Assembly: GCF_009914755.1 (NCBI RefSeq)
Contig: NC_060931.1
Reading direction: 5' to 3' (one strand)
DNA from: the human T2T-CHM13v2.0 reference genome, Homo sapiens
Length of the DNA stretch: 64,000 bases
Shown here: positions 57,880 through 64,000 of the stretch, one piece after another
Layout: every line of letters begins with the position of its first letter
How positions within the stretch are numbered: position 1 is the stretch's first letter
Program-made: the position numbers and the translations under genes
Notes under the pieces: model-generated
The model's input: only the letters and a program-made list of their open reading frames with translations
Databases searched by the model: none
Told to the model about the DNA's origin: nothing

Positions 57880-59310
57880 ACTCCAACTCCACATGTCTGT
57901 TTATCCTACAATGACATTGCTTCCTTGCATTTCCACCAGCATTTCATGTGTTCCAATTCTACAATTTTGTACAAGCAATCTCTTGCACCTAGAATGCTTT
58001 TCACTACCTGCTCTACATGGAAAACTCACTCTCATGTTTCTCATCCATTCAAATATCACCTCTTCTCTAAAGTATTTTTTATATCGAGGCAGAGATAGCA
58101 GTTTTGTCTTCCCTGAGCCTAGAGCACATACTATATAATTCTCTATATAAATAACTCCATTAAAGCACCAGTAAACTATGAAATCCTCAGGGGCAGAAAC
58201 AGTTTTATTCACCATTGAATCACAGACCTATCACAGTGTCTTGTGTATATTAGGGTTTCAATAAATCTTTTATACATTGTCTCATTTCCCCTATTTCATG
58301 GGGCCTTCCATAACTACCTTATCTCTAAATGTTAACATGCCCCAGAGCTCAAGCCTTAGACTTCATTTTCATTTATAGACTTGCTTCTTCAGTGATTTCA
58401 ACCAGTCCCTTGATTCTAAATGATCTAAATACTTAGGATGCCCATATTTATTCTTTTAGCCTGAACCTCTCTCCTGACCTTTAGACTCATATATTCAATT
58501 ATAAATCTTCACTTTACATAGTAAATAATCTTCAGTTTATATAATAATACATCATCGTTAAAATGTATAAAACTGAGGCCTCCAATCTTCCCCATAACTT
58601 GTTTCTCCCACAGTCTTATAATCTATATTAATAACAACTTCACCATTCCAATTGTGGTCTTGGGGTTGTCACCGACACCTCACCTGTAGCACCCTGTGTC
58701 CATCCCTACTCTCTGGAAGTCTCTATATGGCAGGCAGATTGATCCTTTTAAAATATAGGACAGATTACCTCTTTGCTTACAATCCTCTGATCATCTACTA
58801 ATTTTATTTGGATCTAATTCAAAGTCCTCATAATGGCCTACTAGTCTCAATATGATTCACACACACCCCAACCTATTGGGTTTCATTTCTCACTCTTCTC
58901 CCTGTATCCCACCTTAGCCTCCTTAATGTTCTTTCAACACAAAAATTGTTTACACCTGAGTGTCTAAGTACTTTCTGCTCCCTTCAGGACTTTCCCCTAC
59001 CCAAATACTCATATGAACTTATTCATTTTCTTCAGGTCACTGCTCAAATGCTGTCTAATCTACACTAGCACACACCCTACCTCCAGCTGTTACTCTATGC
59101 TGCTTTACAATATTTCTTTTCTTAGCACTTATCACCAGCTGGCATAATGTATGCCTACTTGATTATTTATTCATTATCTTTTTCCCTGGCTAAATGTGAG
59201 ACCCATGAGAGCAGGAACATTTCTTTTGGTTCACAGCTTGTTCCTATTGCCTAAAACAATTCTAGACTCATAGCAATGCTCAAAAAATTATTTGTCAAAT
59301 GAATGAAAGA
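57880..59310 (+). mobile_element. L2 fragments (two 3' ends, at ~58270 and ~59310)
   Basis: ctatgaaatcctcaggggcagaaac...; agcctgaacctctctcctgacctttagactcatatattcaa...; ends caaatgaatgaa. Confidence 0.75.
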
Positions 59311-60947
59311 ATAGTAAGTTACCCAATGAGATGATAAAAAATATCAATGAGGTAGTTTTCAAGTTCCAACCATATCTCCCCATTTTTTGCCCAATTTTAT
59401 TTTTCCAAAAATTCACAATTCCCACCTCCCTCACACTGAGGCATAAAATGCAGTGAACTAACTGTTCCCTGTGACTTGGCTCTCAGCACATCGAATTAAG
59501 CCCCATGATATTTTGAAGCACATGGACCACTGAACAAATGGATTAAGTTCCATTTACTTAGCCAAAAAATTTAACTTTGAACATTAGCCATTTCCTATAC
59601 AGGGAATACTGATGGGAAGGAGCCCTGAGGAAAAGCCAAATTTAGTCCAGACCTCTGAAATTCTCCTCAGAATAAATGGCAATGATGAGTAGAAAGTAGG
59701 GATGGGGGGTTTGTAAAGAACTTAATAGTGAGCTGTTCTGAAAAATGCTCTCCCCAAGCCTTTTTTGGATTAAGTTTCGTAAAGGGAACTAAAAGTAGAT
59801 TGAGTTTAAACCAAAACCCCTAGGGGCCAATTTCAACACATTATCAACCATGTAAGTGTTCTTGAGTAAAAGCCAGTGGAACCTTTGAAATCTCTTGCAC
59901 TGAAATGAATGAATCTTCTATAAGTTTCTAAGATACTCTAATACTAAGAACGTTGGGCCCAACCTTATAAAAATAAATACCCCAAAGAAGTAGAATTCTT
60001 GGCTCAGGTTCTACTATGCAAATTTAATTTTATAGGTCCCCAGTCACTCTTTATACCCAGGCTCTTATCTAAGTGATTTCATGGGAGTATAGGTCTATTT
60101 ACACACAAACACTGTATGGCTGAAAAATAATCAGTCATATAATAGGGTCTTTTTAATAAGTTAATATAAATGAGAGATTTCTCAATAAGACTATACTCAA
60201 GGGAAAATTTGCCTTAAAATTAAGCCTGTTGTAGAAAATTTTAATAACAGGAAGGGTGTGGCCCCAAAAACCTCCTGAAACAAAAGCACGCACTTATCAA
60301 GCATAGGCATCCAAAAATCTGGTACCTTACTGTTGAGGTCAAATGGTTCCACTATTTTCTGCAGGTTCACCCTCTTGATGAATAAAGCCCTTAGAAGAGC
60401 AGACTGTAGACATCCCTTGAAAAACAAAAAACTGGCAGGAATCCCTAAAATAAGACTATTACAAAACTGAAATTATTGATTCATTTTTAGTGTCTTCAAG
60501 TAAGCCCTTTAGCAGAAAAGAGATTATTATATTTTAGCATTTGCATGAAAAACTGTCTCAATTCAATTCAATAACTGTGTAGATTGCTCATTTTGTAGTT
60601 TATATTGTCCTTCATACCGTGGGAGAATATGAAGAGGTGTAAGACCCCATTCCGAACTTCCAGGCCCCGATCAATGAATACATCTGAAGGCTATGAATAC
60701 TATAACAAAAAGCAGGAGATGACATATGACCTAAGATGTGTGCCAAATGTTTGGGGAACTTAGACATTGGGACAATCCCATCTAACTGAAGGATTCATAA
60801 TAAAATTCACAAAAGGAGATCTTAACTGAATTGTGTGTTGAAGGTTGAGCTGAGATTGGGAGTGGATTTATAGAAAGAAGGAAATCCTGAGATAACTGAG
60901 AGGGAGTTAAGTCCAGGATATGTTTAGGGTGTAGGGAATGATCCACG

Positions 60948-61517
60948 TGTTAGGCGGCTTTCAAGATGACCCGCAATGATCCCCACTTCCTAATATTTAC
61001 ACTAGTGTGTTGTCACCTCCCATTCAGTGTGGGATGACCCCCCCCCCCAAGTAACTTGCCTCTAATGAACAGAATAAGGCAAAAGAGATGAGATGTTATT
61101 TCCATGATTAGATTACAAAAGAATGACTTCTATCTTGCTGTGTTCTTTCTATTGCCGTCTTGGCTTGCAAACCTTGATGAAGTAAGCAAACTACCATGCT
61201 GGAAAGGCCATGTGCCAAGGAACTGAAGACTGCCTTCAGTCAACAGCAAGTAAGAAACTGAGGCTTGTATTCCAACAACCAGCGAGGAACTGATCCTGCC
61301 AAGAACAATGTGAGTAATCTTGGAAGCAGACCTTTCTCCAGTTGAGTGTTGAGATTATGATAGCCACAGGAGACACATTGATTGCAGCCTGTGAGAGACT
61401 CTGAAGCAAAGGACTTAGTTAAACTATGCTCAAATTGCTGACCTAAGAAAATTTAAATGAATTGTTTTAAGCAACTAAATCTTGGGGTAGTTTGTTATGC
61501 AGGGATAGGTAACTCCT
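60948..61517 (+). mobile_element. MaLR LTR, MLT1E/F-like
   Basis: aagatgacccgcaatgatccccacttcct...gtgccaaggaactga...ttgattgcagcctgtgagagactctgaagca...gtttgttatgcag. Confidence 0.85.
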
Positions 61518-62925
61518 GGAATCCATATTATTACATGGAATCATTATTTACATGGTGCTTTACTATTTTCAAAAAACTTTCCCAAACGTTATCATTTGAT
61601 TTTTCATAATCCTATGGGGTAGAAAAAGCAGGTGCAATGTGCATTTGATAGATCAGGAGAAATTGCTGTAGTTTTATGGTTTATACTCAGTGTCACACAA
61701 CTAGCTAATGTTTTGTCTTTAGTTCAGTGCTCTTTTCATTACAAAACCCAAAGGAATGGAAGGCTGGAAATTTGAAAGATTTAACATATACTAGGATTAT
61801 AGTCTTTAATGTGGATGAACAAAATGGCAAGTACTTGAACACAAGGGAATTTGGTTCTGCTGTTTATCTTTGTCTTCCTAACTCTTAAAATCTGAATGTT
61901 TCATAAATAAACCTTCTACTGGATTTTATAGATGTGTTTTGGCGTCTTTGTACCTCTGCTAAGTATGTCGCCAAAATGTCAAAGAGTGTTGACATTTCAG
62001 TTGGTTTGGAATGGCCTTTCATTTATAAGAGAAAATTGAATAGGGCTGATATGCAAACAGGCAGATTTTCCATATGGAACATAACATATGCATATACCAT
62101 AATATATTTTATAGAATTATTTTGAAAATTCATGGCCCACCTGTTAAAATACTCAGACAATTGATGCTTCTTTCTCTCAGAAGCATTTTTACTTATATAA
62201 ATTACTATTAAGAGTTATAAATATATACCTCCTCTCATGAGTGAAGTATACAAAACAAAAACGAATTTTTCTTGGTAAGTCAGAATTATTAAGATTAATT
62301 CAACTCTACTCAAATACAATAGTACTCCCAATAGCACTAAATATTGCTGCATTTGGTAATATTTACAACTCCTATGAAGACCTCAGATTTCCATGATTTT
62401 TGAACGTGGAAGGACTTTATATTTTCAATTCTTATCCCTCAGAATCAGTTTCCCAATCACAAGCATACTACCATCAATGTTTTTATTTCTACTGGCACCT
62501 TTCATTTCTAATTTCCTGCTTTTCTTGTGAAAAAGGAACTCAGAAAATAACCAGTAATTGTAATGATATTTTCAAATGGAACTAAACAGACCCTACACAA
62601 GCATTTAAGCCAACATGATTGTGGTAGTAGGAGACAGCCTGTGCAGGTTTAAAGCTTATCACTTAGTAGCTGGATAATGTTGGACAACTTTCTTTAAAAA
62701 ATTGTGCTTCTCATAATGATTTCTATCTTATAAGGTTGTTATGGGGATTAAATAAGTTGATACTTTGAAAGTGAATTTGGATCCCTGGTGATAGATGGAA
62801 GATATGATATCAAAAATGTCTTAGGGGATTCTAATGAGCAGCCATTCATCAGAATTAGAGGTTCTCAATCTGGCTGCTTATTAGAATTACCTGGTACCTC
62901 TTAAAAATAACTAATGCTTGGGCCC

Positions 62926-63414
62926 TGTATTCATTTCCTATTTTCACTGTAACGAATTACCACAAATCTGGTAGCTCAAAACAACACATTTATTATTTTA
63001 CAGCTCTGGAGCTCAGAAGTCCAAAATGAGTCTCCTGGACCAATATCAAGATGTCAGCAGGGCTGTGTTCCTTTGCAGAGGTCCTGGGGGAGAATCCATT
63101 CTCTTGCCTCTGCAGCTTCCAGATGCCACCTGTATTCCTTGGCTGGTGGCCTCTTCTTACAGCTTCAAAGCCAGCAATGGCTGGTGGAGTCTTTCTCACA
63201 TGCATCACTCTGGCACTGACTCTTCTGCTTCCTCTGCTACATTTAAAGACTTTTGTCATTATATTGGGCCCATGTGGATATCTCAAAATAATCTCTCGAT
63301 TTTAATACCAGCTGATTAGTAACCTTAATTCCCCTTTGCCATGTAACATAGTCACAGGTTTCAGGAATTAGAACATAAGCATCTTTGGGAAGCCATTAGC
63401 TTCCTGCTACTGCA
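62926..63414 (-). mobile_element. MaLR LTR, MLT1C-like, inserted into a MER5-like element (~62858-63520)
   Basis: tgtattcatttcctatt...aattaccacaaa...aaaacaacaca...tcagaagtccaaaatgagtctc...atctttggg; the flanks ggttctcaatctggctgc...gggccc and caccctccaaagat...aggtgagtctaatgt continue a MER5-type sequence. Confidence 0.85.
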
Positions 63415-64000
63415 GGATGCCACCCTCCAAAGATGCAGATTGGATTGCTCTTGTCAGGGATATGCTTCAAATACTCGCTAGGTGAGTCTAATGTCTAGCT
63501 TCCATTAAAGACTATTGATGTAAATATTCACAGAGTTTCATGAAATATTATCCCCATGAAATGTTCAGTAATGCTCAGATTAGGTTTTAAAAGTATTTAA
63601 TTAAATACATTAGAGGTTAAAGAGAGTAAGAAGTTCTGTAACAGAGAAATCTGCTCAACCCTATTTAACTAGTCTCTCAAACTTTTTGGTGTAACACCTA
63701 CTAAGGACCTAAGTAATCATTTATCTATGTAAGGCATCTGGGAGCTAATGTTCTAGGGAGGAAAAGGTCTGAGTGTAATGATACTTATTTTGCTTTGTTT
63801 TATTCACTCAAATGCTTTTTAAAATAGTTTTTGTTTTCCTATTAAACTATCTGTTGAAGTGGGACATTTCAAGTGCTTAAAATTAAAATGCAAGGCATTT
63901 ATTCTGTATTGTATAACTACACATAATAAGAATAAAGTTGTCAATACAGTATAATTATTATTTGAGGAGAGAGGAAAAAAATGAGAGCTAAAGAGACCCC

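Overview
AT-rich, repeat-dense hominoid (human or great-ape) nuclear DNA: it carries AluJ/S/Y, an L1PA2-type LINE-1 and an ERV9 LTR12C. No host protein-coding gene, RNA gene, CRISPR array or prokaryotic system is recognisable, and the window reads as intergenic DNA or a very large intron. The only clearly identifiable protein sequences are retroelement remnants: (1) a 5'-truncated, frameshifted L1 ORF2 (~38.96-41.74 kb, - strand) inserted into an AluS that itself splits an old L1M; (2) decayed gag/pro/pol/int of an ancient two-LTR ERVL provirus (LTR16A/ERV3-16A3-like, ~15.3-19.6 kb). Other notable items: a CpG-rich solo LTR12C, a THE1 LTR with an intact DUX4-type site, a repeat-free block at 50.9-52.3 kb with a strong CTCF core, an E-box and a homeodomain-dimer palindrome, weak candidate splice chains on both strands, and several short template-switch-like duplications and hairpins. 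I found no convincing novel biological system. Repeat subfamily names come from recalled consensus sequences, not from a search.
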